Origin: a virus
DNA: 64,000 nt
Direction: 5' to 3' (one strand)
Virus record (IMG/VR): IMGVR_UViG_3300042876_000418
Span: 25,962 to 89,961 of that record
The stretch's first letter is position 1; each line of letters starts with the position of its first letter. The notes under the pieces were generated by a model. The model was given only the letters and a program-made list of their open reading frames with translations, was not told the DNA's origin and did no database searches. The position numbers were made by a program, and so were the translations under genes. This document shows, piece by piece, positions 1-8,827 of this stretch.

Positions 1-38
1 CTAAATCAGTTGAATTTATCAGCGTCTTTACGTCGATA

Positions 39-764
39 TTAGGCATTGGTACCCTCTCTGTTTATGTACTCAACCACGTCGAAAGCCGTGATTCCGTGAG
101 AGAAGAAAAATTCATTCCAGTTATCCGGCTTGATCTCTAACCCCCGCTCTTTCCTGATTCCTGCCATACCCATCTCCCACCGTTGCGAATCGGGCAGATC
201 GTACCAATCATCATTATGGTAATCGGCTGATGACTGGTCGGGGAACGAGTCGCCCCCGCTGAAACTCAGTACCACGGGAGAATCGCCGGTCATCTCCAGG
301 AGAGAGATTACCTCTTCCCAGCCCTGATTCGCGCGGTAAATTTTCGATTTCAGTCCAACTTTGATAATCTCAGCCATCCACGCCCGGTTAGGACCCTCCA
401 TAAAACAGTGAAGTTCACATTGACCGTGGATCCGCGTGGCAAGTTTGATAGGATCGCTACCGACTACATAAGCCGTATTGAGCGCGACTTCAAACGTGTC
501 GATATTCTTACCGTTCATAGAGAACCCTTCACGATCAGAACCAACCCTAAGCCACAGTCTGAAATTGCGCTCAAATTCGCGTTCATCGCTCAGCGCTACA
601 TAACTATTTGCCGGGAAAACCTTCTTGTACCGTTCCATATTATGCGAAGAGGGTTGCAATACAGCTAAAGCAATCTCGCTAATCAGGCCCCCAAAATACG
701 CCCGCTCCGATCCTCTTACCCCTATTTCGTCACCTTCGATTGAGTGAAAATAAATTCTGCTCAC
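39..764 (-). CDS. hypothetical phage protein
   Basis: 241-aa ORF; GTG start preceded by AGGAGG; no recognisable motif. Confidence 0.75.
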   Translation of the reverse strand: MSRIYFHSIEGDEIGVRGSERAYFGGLISEIALAVLQPSSHNMERYKKVFPANSYVALSDEREFERNFRLWLRVGSDREGFSMNGKNIDTFEVALNTAYVVGSDPIKLATRIHGQCELHCFMEGPNRAWMAEIIKVGLKSKIYRANQGWEEVISLLEMTGDSPVVLSFSGGDSFPDQSSADYHNDDWYDLPDSQRWEMGMAGIRKERGLEIKPDNWNEFFFSHGITAFDVVEYINREGTNA

Positions 765-775
765 TGATCCTCCTG

Positions 776-920
776 GTAAATAAAAATTCCCAAACTCTTA
801 GCTGGGGACGACCGAGGGACAACGCCTGGCGGGCTAACACGTCATCCACAGCTAACAGTTTGGGAACTGTTCTGTCATCCCTTGGCACCGGCTCCGCCAG
901 AAGCCTCGTATGTTGGTGCG
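776..920 (-). promoter_or_regulatory. structured 5' leader / attenuator upstream of 39..764
   Basis: Inverted repeat 787-866 (10+7+7 bp stems) followed by TTTTTATTT on the minus strand; alternative pairings with 874-900. Confidence 0.6.
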
Positions 921-925
921 CTTTC

Positions 926-954
926 AGTTTACGGCATTTCGGGATCAAAGTCAA
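926..954 (-). promoter_or_regulatory. sigma70-type promoter
   Basis: TTGACT-N17-TAAACT on the minus strand. Confidence 0.65.
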
Positions 955-957
955 TAG

Positions 958-986
958 TTGACGGCACCCGTTTTATAGTGTATTAT
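958..986 (+). promoter_or_regulatory. sigma70-type promoter, divergent from the previous one
   Basis: TTGACG-N17-TATTAT. Confidence 0.7.
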
Positions 987-1029
987 GTTTCCATATCAAC
1001 CTATTCCAAACTAGAGAGGATACCTACTT

Positions 1030-1287
1030 ATGCCCCCTGTAAAAACGTTCAACGCCCAAGCAACATTCCCGCTCACGACCAGCGCGAATGAAGCGCTCCA
1101 AAATATCGCCCTGCGTCACAAGGAAAAGAAGTCAGACACGCTTCGGCGCGCATCGAACCTCGTTATTTTCCTGGACAATGCAGATCGCGATTCCACCCGG
1201 CGACTGCTGGTCACTGACAGTCTGTCCGAAATTGCCGCCCTGCTTCACAAGATCGCCGGCGAAATCGAACAGGCCGCCCAGCCCTAA
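1030..1287 (+). CDS. putative ribbon-helix-helix DNA-binding protein
   Basis: N-terminal beta strand then two helices (ATFPLT..NEALQNIA..KSDTLRRA); own promoter and terminator. Confidence 0.6.
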   Translation: MPPVKTFNAQATFPLTTSANEALQNIALRHKEKKSDTLRRASNLVIFLDNADRDSTRRLLVTDSLSEIAALLHKIAGEIEQAAQP

Positions 1288-1303
1288 CCCGGCCCATGCA
1301 GCC

Positions 1304-1338
1304 ACAAAACACCCCGCCAATCGCGGGGTGTTTTGTTT
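1304..1338 (+). terminator. intrinsic terminator
   Basis: ACAAAACACCCCGC-CAATC-GCGGGGTGTTTTGT followed by T. Confidence 0.8.
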
Positions 1339-1344
1339 GGGGGC

Positions 1345-1373
1345 TTGTATTACATTGTATATCGTGATATCAT
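1345..1373 (+). promoter_or_regulatory. promoter with extended -10
   Basis: TTGTAT-N17-TATCAT with TGn before the -10. Confidence 0.55.
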
Positions 1374-1406
1374 AGGAGAACCTTAGTAAAGCCGGAGGGC
1401 GAAGCA

Positions 1407-2012
1407 ATGCGAGAATTACGCAGTGAACCAGATCGTTCCAAGTGGTACCGCCTGCCTGAGCGGGAATCGGTGAAGCACGTCACCTCCCTGCCCATTGGCA
1501 CGCGGATCACGACTGCCCGCCAGATCGCGCGGGTGGGGTACTACTACGAACCCAACGACGCCCCGATCTTTGATATCGCCAAAATGCGGATTCCGTTCCT
1601 GGAAGGGCGTCTCGATCATACCGTCAACGAACGCGAGATGAACGATCTAATCAAGGCGCTCGGGATCAAGGATGATCAATTCTACCGTTGGGTGGATTAC
1701 CAGAATCGTGGCCGCTGGCAAAGATCGAAATCTGCCGGGCAGGATTATGACGGCATGAGAGTCGCGTGGTATCAGAATTGCGATTACTCCAAAGATTACC
1801 CATTGACAATCACAGGGACGAAAGCGGCATGGCAAGGGGAATACTACGCGCCAGATAGCTGGGTATCCCATACCGAATACGGGGATGAACACGAATATGA
1901 ACCCGGTGGCCTGTCCAATCGGGCATATCTCAAGTATTACATCTGCGAAGAGTCATGGTCGGGGCGAGTCGTTTTCGTCCATCCCCTTGACGCCCGGGAG
2001 GTGAAAAAGTGA
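1407..2012 (+). CDS. hypothetical protein
   Basis: 201 aa; GGAGGG RBS; coupled to next gene. Confidence 0.75.
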   Translation: MRELRSEPDRSKWYRLPERESVKHVTSLPIGTRITTARQIARVGYYYEPNDAPIFDIAKMRIPFLEGRLDHTVNEREMNDLIKALGIKDDQFYRWVDYQNRGRWQRSKSAGQDYDGMRVAWYQNCDYSKDYPLTITGTKAAWQGEYYAPDSWVSHTEYGDEHEYEPGGLSNRAYLKYYICEESWSGRVVFVHPLDAREVKK

Positions 2013-2332
2013 AAGGTATCGTACCGTCCGAATCGCCTGCCCAATTCGAGCGCGGGCAGAATGAGTTATTCCAGGCCGAGAAGGCCGCCGCGAATCAGTG
2101 GATCGCAAACCTGCGCGCGGTGGGAATCGCAATGGCTACCCCGGCCATCTGGGCGGATGAAAACGATTGCACAATTCACCCGATTCAGCCGTACTTCAAC
2201 GATGGGGTAACAGTCGGATCTATGGTCGCCATTGGGACGCCGGGCAACTTCCGGGTAGTGCAAATCCTGGCTAAGGCGAACGGGTATTATCGCTACGGTC
2301 CGGTAGATGACCAGGACGTGCCGTCTATCTAA
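2009..2332 (+). CDS. hypothetical protein
   Basis: 107 aa; GTGA overlap with previous stop; GGAGG RBS. Confidence 0.7.
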   Translation: MKGIVPSESPAQFERGQNELFQAEKAAANQWIANLRAVGIAMATPAIWADENDCTIHPIQPYFNDGVTVGSMVAIGTPGNFRVVQILAKANGYYRYGPVDDQDVPSI

Positions 2333-2435
2333 CCACTCCCCTTTCCCGGCCCCCTCTCCAGGAATCACACCCCTCTAGGCTCCCGCAAGCTAGAATCGGG
2401 GTTTGGAGAGGGCAGTAGGGGGGTGAAAGGAAACC

Positions 2436-2651
2436 ATGAGACAGAATCGTAAATTCAAGCCACAAATCAGGCCCCGGCGGAAAGCCGTCAAACTGTATTT
2501 CACTCCCACAGGGCGAAGGATAACGGACGCGATTGTCCAGCACGAAGAGCGGGTCATCTGCCCGATCTGCGAGGCGGCGGTTATTCAGGATGAATTCTTG
2601 AGTATCAACGGGCGCGAATTGTGCCTGTATTGTTTTGAGAATGGAGAATAA
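2436..2651 (+). CDS. small Zn-finger protein
   Basis: CPIC...CLYC; AAAGGA RBS. Confidence 0.6.
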   Translation: MRQNRKFKPQIRPRRKAVKLYFTPTGRRITDAIVQHEERVICPICEAAVIQDEFLSINGRELCLYCFENGE

Positions 2652-2655
2652 AAAC

Positions 2656-2877
2656 ATGAATAAACCTTGGTTGCAAAACGTTGATCCGACACAAGAATGC
2701 AATCCCGATGATTCCGCGATTCGGGCGGGATTGCCTGAAATCGACAAGCCGGTATTTGTCAAACTAGAAGGCGACAAAAACAAGAAAGAGTACAACGCCC
2801 GTTATCTGGGCGGTAATTTATGGACGGTTGCAGGTAAGATCGTGTCTACCTGCTCAATCGCAAATTGGCGTTATTAG
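2656..2877 (+). CDS. hypothetical protein
   Basis: ATG at 2656 after GGAG. Confidence 0.6.
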   Translation: MNKPWLQNVDPTQECNPDDSAIRAGLPEIDKPVFVKLEGDKNKKEYNARYLGGNLWTVAGKIVSTCSIANWRY

Positions 2878-2889
2878 GAGAATTGAACC

Positions 2890-3642
2890 ATGAAAACTAT
2901 CTGTATCACCAACCAAAAAGGCGGGGTAGGAAAGACTACCACTGCCGTTAGTCTGGCCCACGGGCTGGCCCTACTGAAAAAGAAAGTGCTGTTGATCGAC
3001 TTTGACCCCCAGGGTCAAGCCGCAACCTGCCTGAATATGGAGCCGCGCAACGATGTATTCAACTGGCTGATTAGCGAGTCTCCCTACGACTCATGTGCCC
3101 AGGAAACCAGCCGGCCCCGCTTGCACCTGCTGGCAGGTAGCAAGAAAACGGCCACCGCTCAGACGGTCATCACCTCCAATCGTGAGCCGGTTGAATTTAT
3201 CAAGCAAGCCATCCAAGTGCTACTCAAAGGCCGCGGCTTCGATTACGTAATCCTGGACACGGCCCCCAGCCTGGGCGGCATTCAAGAGTTGGCTATTTTC
3301 GCTTCTGACTACCTGGTTATCCCGGCTTCGTGCAATTTCCTCCCGGTCGAGTCCATCGGTAAGACGCTTGAGACCGCCGGCGTCTTACGTGAGCGATTCG
3401 GGTGGGGTGGGCATCTGATTGGAATCCTCCCTACATTCCTTGACGAAAGGACCAACGAGTCGACTACCGTGTACAACGAGATCCGCGCGAAATTCAACGG
3501 GCAGACATTGACCCCGATTCACGCGGCTACTGTCCTTTCCGAGTGCCCGGCTGAAGGGTTGACCATCTTCGAGAAAGCACCCAAGAGTCGGGCGTCCAAC
3601 GAGTATGGCGCTCTTGTGCGCAAAGTCGCTGAGGTGAAATAA
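2890..3642 (+). CDS. parA: ParA/Soj family partition ATPase
   Basis: Deviant Walker A NQKGGVGKTT, IDFDPQG, DYVILDTAP. Confidence 0.93.
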   Translation: MKTICITNQKGGVGKTTTAVSLAHGLALLKKKVLLIDFDPQGQAATCLNMEPRNDVFNWLISESPYDSCAQETSRPRLHLLAGSKKTATAQTVITSNREPVEFIKQAIQVLLKGRGFDYVILDTAPSLGGIQELAIFASDYLVIPASCNFLPVESIGKTLETAGVLRERFGWGGHLIGILPTFLDERTNESTTVYNEIRAKFNGQTLTPIHAATVLSECPAEGLTIFEKAPKSRASNEYGALVRKVAEVK

Positions 3643-3950
3643 TGGCCCGCCGATCTTCCACCGCTGCAATTTCAGATGAACCCGTTTCGGCATTCCTGCC
3701 GCCGGCGGAATCGCGCTCAAAGCGTGATCGTAGTTGGGAAGCCGAACAACGCAAGAAGGGTGTGGTCACCTATCGAGGAATCCCGTCCGATGTCACAGCG
3801 AAAATTCGCGCCGTGTCCGAGGAGTTGGATGTCCCCGTGGGCGACGTGGTGCGCCTGTTTTTGGAGCACGGGTTAGCCCAATACAAGGCAGGTGTGCTGC
3901 CCATGAAACCCCGGCTAATCAAGGGCAAGTATGGTCTCTACGGAAAATGA
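3642..3950 (+). CDS. ParG-like ribbon-helix-helix partition adaptor
   Basis: Small gene coupled to parA; flexible N-terminus then VTYRGIP..helix..VGDVVRLFL RHH pattern. Confidence 0.65.
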   Translation: MARRSSTAAISDEPVSAFLPPAESRSKRDRSWEAEQRKKGVVTYRGIPSDVTAKIRAVSEELDVPVGDVVRLFLEHGLAQYKAGVLPMKPRLIKGKYGLYGK

Positions 3951-3987
3951 GATATTTTTTTGTCCTCAGCCTTGCCGCTTGCGTCAA

Positions 3988-4052
3988 TGTAAGCGGGCTG
4001 TAAGCGGCATGTAAGCGGCGTGAATACTTGACGCTTGCGGAGTGGTAAGCGG
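3988..4052 (+). repeat. TGTAAGCGG direct repeats, putative centromere (parS-like)
   Basis: Copies at 3988, 3999, 4010 (11-bp period) plus GTAAGCGG at 4045; immediately downstream of the parA-RHH pair. Confidence 0.6.
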
Positions 4053-4154
4053 TAAGACTACAGGACGGGCTGAGACAAAAATTCACGGTATAGACGCAGG
4101 ATTTTACACAGTAGTGAAAATAGGCCCGGAATCTGGTAAAAGGTAGGCGTAAGG

Positions 4155-4682
4155 ATGATGAAGAAAACGAAAGTCGGTAACGGAATATTCACATCGTTTG
4201 AAATTGCGAATGGGGCGTGGTTCACCTGTACCCGATCCGCCTGTGGACATACGGAGTATTCAAGCGGGCGGTATTATCTCAAGCGGGCGAATCGCTGCCC
4301 GGTGTGCAAGTATGGGCTGTTCCTGTCTGAATTCTTTCTGAAAACTTACACCGCCTGGCTGGAAGAAAACGAGCCAACATTGCAACGGATGATTGCAGAT
4401 CATCACCGCTACCTGGCTACCCTGCGCGAAAAGTCGTTTTCCATCATGCTCAACGCCGCCGTGGATTGGCAATACCTGACGGTCAAAGCCGGGCGCATGG
4501 CCCATAAAAGCGAGTGCGATTCGTGGCTGATGACGCGGTACGGAATAGACGAATGCGCCGCGCGGGATATCACCAACACGATCACGTCCGGCCCGCGCCA
4601 CTTTATCACCGGTAACGATGGGGTATCGTGGATCGCTACCCGGCCAGAGCCGAAGGAGGAAGACTACCCAGACTTGAAATAA
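4155..4682 (+). CDS. Zn-ribbon hypothetical protein
   Basis: CTRSACG...CPVC; 175 aa. Confidence 0.7.
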   Translation: MMKKTKVGNGIFTSFEIANGAWFTCTRSACGHTEYSSGRYYLKRANRCPVCKYGLFLSEFFLKTYTAWLEENEPTLQRMIADHHRYLATLREKSFSIMLNAAVDWQYLTVKAGRMAHKSECDSWLMTRYGIDECAARDITNTITSGPRHFITGNDGVSWIATRPEPKEEDYPDLK

Positions 4683-4695
4683 GGACGATTCTCAC

Positions 4696-4710
4696 TGTCC
4701 ATTTATGACA
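4696..4710 (+). promoter_or_regulatory. putative operator TGTCCATTTATGACA (copy 1 of 4)
   Basis: Same 15-mer at 19681, 31670 and 50987; imperfect palindrome. Confidence 0.55.
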
Positions 4711-4795
4711 GTGTAAAACGATAATTTTAATCTATTTCTAATATAACGGATGTATTATTGAACTAGAAACAAATTTCAGTTCTGGAGGGAACGAG

Positions 4796-5143
4796 ATGAT
4801 TACAGTAAATTGTCACAGTGGCGGTACGGACTATCAGGCAGAAATTGAACCCGGAAAAAACATCACGGTCAAGGCGACGGTAGTAGTCGGCTATACCAGT
4901 TCACCTATCACCCCGAAAACGCAAGATTTTGAAACCTCTTTCAACCTGGGCGACAAAGCCGAATATGATAGTTATAACTTATCGTATTACGGGACGATTA
5001 CCAAAATTTCCCCTAAGCAGGTTTGGATTGAGGATCACGGCACGACTCGCCGCCTGAAGATCGAAGATTTCTGCTGGCGCAATTATCGGTTCAATCTCAA
5101 GCAAACCATTGAAAGTAATTCCTTGACTCTGCAAAGTATTTAG
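4796..5143 (+). CDS. hypothetical protein
   Basis: 115 aa; CTGGAGGGAAC RBS. Confidence 0.75.
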   Translation: MITVNCHSGGTDYQAEIEPGKNITVKATVVVGYTSSPITPKTQDFETSFNLGDKAEYDSYNLSYYGTITKISPKQVWIEDHGTTRRLKIEDFCWRNYRFNLKQTIESNSLTLQSI

Positions 5144-5156
5144 GTATAGAGGGAAT

Positions 5157-5534
5157 ATGAAACCAATTTTCTATAAAGCCGAATCGCGCTGGATATGTGC
5201 CCCAGGTGGGCTACTTGACCCAACCGAGTGCCGCTTGATCGTGGACGAATTGAACGCTACCGGATTCAAGATCGGGGTCTATGTCCGATTACGGACTGGC
5301 GGCACAATCGGAATTGTTACCGATATTGACGGTTGCAAGCCGGTTGTTAGTTTCGAGAACGGCATTGAGGATACCATAGCCGATTCTCTGCCCGCCACTT
5401 ATTATGAGGTCGTGTCTCAAACGGCCTATGAAGCCGAACTGCAAGCCAACGCCGAATACGTGGAAGAGTGCGCCCGGCGTAATCAGGGAGCCTCCGAAAA
5501 ATGGGGCTTTGTGTTTCAGGAATATGGAGGATGA
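5157..5534 (+). CDS. hypothetical protein (SH3/KOW-like middle)
   Basis: FKIGVYVRLRTGGTIGIVTDI. Confidence 0.65.
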   Translation: MKPIFYKAESRWICAPGGLLDPTECRLIVDELNATGFKIGVYVRLRTGGTIGIVTDIDGCKPVVSFENGIEDTIADSLPATYYEVVSQTAYEAELQANAEYVEECARRNQGASEKWGFVFQEYGG

Positions 5535-5535
5535 A

Positions 5536-6003
5536 ATGAAAATCGCTGTTATCCTTTTACTCACCGCTGTTATCGCCTTGGGATTGTGGTCTTTGATCCC
5601 GCCACAAAGTACTGCCGCGACTCGTCTTGACGTGGTTGAGGGTTGGGTATCCAGCCTGGACAAGCCGTCTACCAATCGCGGGATCGCTTACCATACCGAA
5701 AACTCAGGCATGACCTACGTTAGCCCGGCGGGCGGGATGGCGATCATGAAATGGGATGTTGACGGCGTGGGTGTTGGATTCGTGCTGCTCCGCAACCGGG
5801 GCGCGTGGTACAACGATAACGGCGGGTTTATCTCCAGCCCGACTACATGGGCCACTATTCGAGATGGAATCGTGGCGCTCGGATGGAGTGAGGCTGAAAC
5901 CGGAAAACAGAATCCCGGTAAAATGTCGGTAATGAAGGACGAAATCGACTCCGATGCAGGCTTGTCAATCTCTGATTTTTTGGCGAAGTTGGAAGGAAAA
6001 TAA
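5536..6003 (+). CDS. secreted or membrane-anchored hypothetical protein
   Basis: Start MKIAVILLLTAVIALGLW after GGAGG; hydrophobic N-terminus. Confidence 0.65.
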   Translation: MKIAVILLLTAVIALGLWSLIPPQSTAATRLDVVEGWVSSLDKPSTNRGIAYHTENSGMTYVSPAGGMAIMKWDVDGVGVGFVLLRNRGAWYNDNGGFISSPTTWATIRDGIVALGWSEAETGKQNPGKMSVMKDEIDSDAGLSISDFLAKLEGK

Positions 6004-6005
6004 AC

Positions 6006-6218
6006 ATGTGGCGCGATGGAATTTTTATCGAACAGGGTGATTACGAATCCGATCTGATTTACTGCTCGGAGTGCGAGGTTCTTTTTAGCGGATCGCCAGA
6101 AATGCGCATTGAGCAGAAAACGGGCGGGAATCCGGGCGAAGAATTCCCGATTGACGTGGTGATTGCAAAGTACGCCTGTACAAATTGCGGGCATACGTGG
6201 GAAGAGGTGCAAGGATGA
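6006..6218 (+). CDS. small Zn-ribbon protein
   Basis: CSEC...CTNC. Confidence 0.6.
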   Translation: MWRDGIFIEQGDYESDLIYCSECEVLFSGSPEMRIEQKTGGNPGEEFPIDVVIAKYACTNCGHTWEEVQG

Positions 6219-6640
6219 AACAATCCGATCTTGATAAGCTGGAAGAGTTGCGCGCCAAAGCGGATATGCCGCGCGTGATGAAATTTAGCCCGGATAGTTT
6301 GAACGGGTGGAACACAATGTATATGCTCGTGCCTGAGTTCGGTAAGGTGCCCGGAATCGGGATTGAAATTTGTGAGCCAGTCCCAGGATTCGGGGATCTG
6401 GAAAAGCAGAAAACCCGCGCTGAGTATGTTGCCCTGGTCTGCAATATCGCCCCTGCCCTGGCTAAATCTAACGCAGCTATGATCGCCATCATGCGTGACG
6501 CTATTGAGCGGGCGATTGAAGCACAAGAGGAATGGGCGGACGTTGAATTGCCCTACGCGCCCGAGTGGGTGTACCCACTCCGCCAGATCGTCAATCTACT
6601 GACGAATGCCGTCGCTCAGGCTGAGGGGGAATCGTCATGA
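6215..6640 (+). CDS. hypothetical protein
   Basis: ATGA overlap; GAGG RBS. Confidence 0.65.
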   Translation: MKQSDLDKLEELRAKADMPRVMKFSPDSLNGWNTMYMLVPEFGKVPGIGIEICEPVPGFGDLEKQKTRAEYVALVCNIAPALAKSNAAMIAIMRDAIERAIEAQEEWADVELPYAPEWVYPLRQIVNLLTNAVAQAEGESS

Positions 6641-6954
6641 CACAATGGAGATTGGAAATCGACAACGATGATGACGACCCAAAGAAATGCGTAAACGCGC
6701 CGATCATGGCATGGGTCTGGGACGGTGAAAATTCCGTAATTTGTCGCCCAATCCGAGATGAACGCGACCGCAAAAACATGCGCCTGATTACTGCGTCTCC
6801 CAGGCTGCTTGAGGCGTGCAAACTTCAAATTTCATTTCTGCGCACGCTGCGCGATAATTACCCGGACTTATGGGATCAAATCGTCAACATATCATCCGTC
6901 ACAGCATGGGACGAATTGAAAACCGCTATTCGTGAGGCTGAGGCGGAATCATGA
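6637..6954 (+). CDS. hypothetical protein
   Basis: NMRLITASPRLLEAC resembles the common phage NARLIAAAPELLEA motif. Confidence 0.7.
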   Translation: MTQWRLEIDNDDDDPKKCVNAPIMAWVWDGENSVICRPIRDERDRKNMRLITASPRLLEACKLQISFLRTLRDNYPDLWDQIVNISSVTAWDELKTAIREAEAES

Positions 6955-7379
6955 CTATTCGATTTCTTCTCCAGCACATCCGCCGTCCTGTCAAGCCTGA
7001 TGAAACCGTACCTGACTCAGACTGGCATACCATGACCGCGCATACGAGCGAGAGCGCCGCGGATAAGGCGCTCGGTCGTGCTTACGGTAAAATGATGGAA
7101 CGTTGCGGAATCAAATGGGATGACTCGTTCCGGGTTACGCCGGCGAAGGATACCGTAATCTCGTTTTCGTTCATCTGCAAAGGTTACGCGAATCCAGATC
7201 AGCACGAGTTTACCCCATGCCCTGATAACGCGATGGAAGTTACCACGGTGATATGGAAGTCTAAAACCGCAAAACCGCCCATCGTAACGTCACGGCCCTG
7301 GTATTCACAATTGCAATGCGAAAACTGCAATGAACTCGAAAGGCAGTGCTACGAAAATAAAAACCGGGCAGTGAGTTAG
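6951..7379 (+). CDS. hypothetical protein
   Basis: 142 aa; coupled to previous gene. Confidence 0.65.
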   Translation: MTIRFLLQHIRRPVKPDETVPDSDWHTMTAHTSESAADKALGRAYGKMMERCGIKWDDSFRVTPAKDTVISFSFICKGYANPDQHEFTPCPDNAMEVTTVIWKSKTAKPPIVTSRPWYSQLQCENCNELERQCYENKNRAVS

Positions 7380-7391
7380 GTCACCGCCCGG
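7354..7391 (-). terminator. terminator of the tail/lysis operon
   Basis: Minus strand CCGGGCGGTGA-CCTAAC-TCACTGCCCGG-TTTTTATTTT. Confidence 0.75.
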
Positions 7392-7411
7392 CCCGCCAGT
7401 TAGGAATTTAG

Positions 7412-7786
7412 TTACGAGGGATCAACGGGGTGGAGTTTGACAATCTCAGCTTCGCCCCGGTCGATTTTGCCCTGGAGTTTAGCTTTCTTCACCACGTCAG
7501 GCAGGGGGGTGATCGCGTAAGCTGCCTGATTGCCGAGCAGGGCGGGGATAAGAATTTGAAGCGCAAACGACAATATTCCATCCTTTGAGCATTGAAGCAC
7601 GACAATCAGCCCGGTACAACTGGCAACGCCACCGATCAGGGCCAGGCCGATCAACAACATTGCCATGATCTGCTTCTTTTCGTCCTCGGGTTTCGATGCA
7701 AACCAGACGTTGAGCTTGGGGACAAAGGTCACAATCAGGGACACCAGGATCCCACACGCCGCCGCAAAAGTTTCAGTAGTCCACAT
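7412..7786 (-). CDS. holin-like membrane protein
   Basis: Start MWTTETF after GGAAAGG; three hydrophobic segments. Confidence 0.6.
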   Translation of the reverse strand: MWTTETFAAACGILVSLIVTFVPKLNVWFASKPEDEKKQIMAMLLIGLALIGGVASCTGLIVVLQCSKDGILSFALQILIPALLGNQAAYAITPLPDVVKKAKLQGKIDRGEAEIVKLHPVDPS

Positions 7787-7788
7787 AT

Positions 7789-8085
7789 TTAACCTTTCCT
7801 TTCTGAGTCTAAAATATCGGGGTGGTCTGTCAGGTTGGCAAACACGACTCCACACCCAAATGCCGGGAATGCCAGGAAGTAAGCGAGGGTCAAGCGCTCT
7901 TCGCCCTCGAATTGATTCAATTCCCGAAACGTCAGGTAAATCATCGGGAATGCCGCCAGTACGCCAATCGTGTGCCGGATGATATTGGCCCAACGATCCT
8001 GGAATACCAGGGTTTTACTATACGTTCCTTTCTGTACTGCATACCCCATCGCAATAGCCAGGGCAATCAGCCTCAAATACTTCAT
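7789..8085 (-). CDS. membrane protein
   Basis: 98 aa; three hydrophobic segments. Confidence 0.65.
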   Translation of the reverse strand: MKYLRLIALAIAMGYAVQKGTYSKTLVFQDRWANIIRHTIGVLAAFPMIYLTFRELNQFEGEERLTLAYFLAFPAFGCGVVFANLTDHPDILDSERKG

Positions 8086-8087
8086 CT

Positions 8088-8537
8088 TTACCAGTCCTTT
8101 CGCCTATCGTTCTGAATTCCGCTTGCCGGGGCGGGCTGCCATACCGGGGTAATCCTGCGGTCCTTGAGTTGCCCAACCAGGTGCCCGATTCCGATTCTCC
8201 ATTCGTCAATGATCCGGTCTTTCGCGTCGATCTCGTGTTGAAGCCGATCTATCTGCTTTTGCATTTCAGCCATTTCAATGCCGTGCTCTTTACGCATGTC
8301 GCCCATTTCTTTGCGCAGGTCTGAAATTTCATCGCTATAACTCTTGATCGCCGTGGCCGCGCTGTTCGATGTTGAGATAGCCATGTTGGTATCTTCGATG
8401 GGGGCCTTCTGATTGGCGCGTTTCTCAGCCCGTTTATCTAAATAAAATTGACGGCCCAACGATCCTAAACCGGTAAGGAATCCGCCGATTCCCATAATCG
8501 TTGCGAAGTTCGCTACAATGAAATCCCATAGATTCAT
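8088..8537 (-). CDS. membrane-anchored coiled-coil protein (lysis cassette-like)
   Basis: N-terminal TM then coiled coil. Confidence 0.7.
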   Translation of the reverse strand: MNLWDFIVANFATIMGIGGFLTGLGSLGRQFYLDKRAEKRANQKAPIEDTNMAISTSNSAATAIKSYSDEISDLRKEMGDMRKEHGIEMAEMQKQIDRLQHEIDAKDRIIDEWRIGIGHLVGQLKDRRITPVWQPAPASGIQNDRRKDW

Positions 8538-8539
8538 GA

Positions 8540-8827
8540 CTAAATACCCCTTCTTGACATACGAATATAACGCATAATCTCAACCGACAAGAGAGTGGCT
8601 ATCCCCTGGAGATGAACTGCGTTTGACCATAGATTGTAAAGTTTTGCATCAACACCACCGCTAAAATTGTCAATAATAAACGTGAGGATCATAATAAACC
8701 CGTGAATACCGAACATTAGCCATGCCACGGGTTCGCCCCATCGTTTCGTCTTCACGATCTGCATGATCATAAGTACGATCAATCCGGCGTAGGTAATCAG
8801 GCTGAGGTAGATCGAAACGTCAAACAT
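8540..8827 (-). CDS. membrane protein, holin candidate
   Basis: 95 aa; three TM-like segments. Confidence 0.65.
   Translation of the reverse strand: MFDVSIYLSLITYAGLIVLMIMQIVKTKRWGEPVAWLMFGIHGFIMILTFIIDNFSGGVDAKLYNLWSNAVHLQGIATLLSVEIMRYIRMSRRGI

Noticed and set aside
880-906. SAM-I riboswitch resemblance (UGGC / GGUGCCAA on the minus strand)
   Set aside because: The AUC..GAG P1, kink-turn and GCAACC core are absent
3988-4052. Possible CRISPR or mini-array
   Set aside because: 9-bp repeats with 2-bp gaps and no spacers or cas genes; better explained as a partition site
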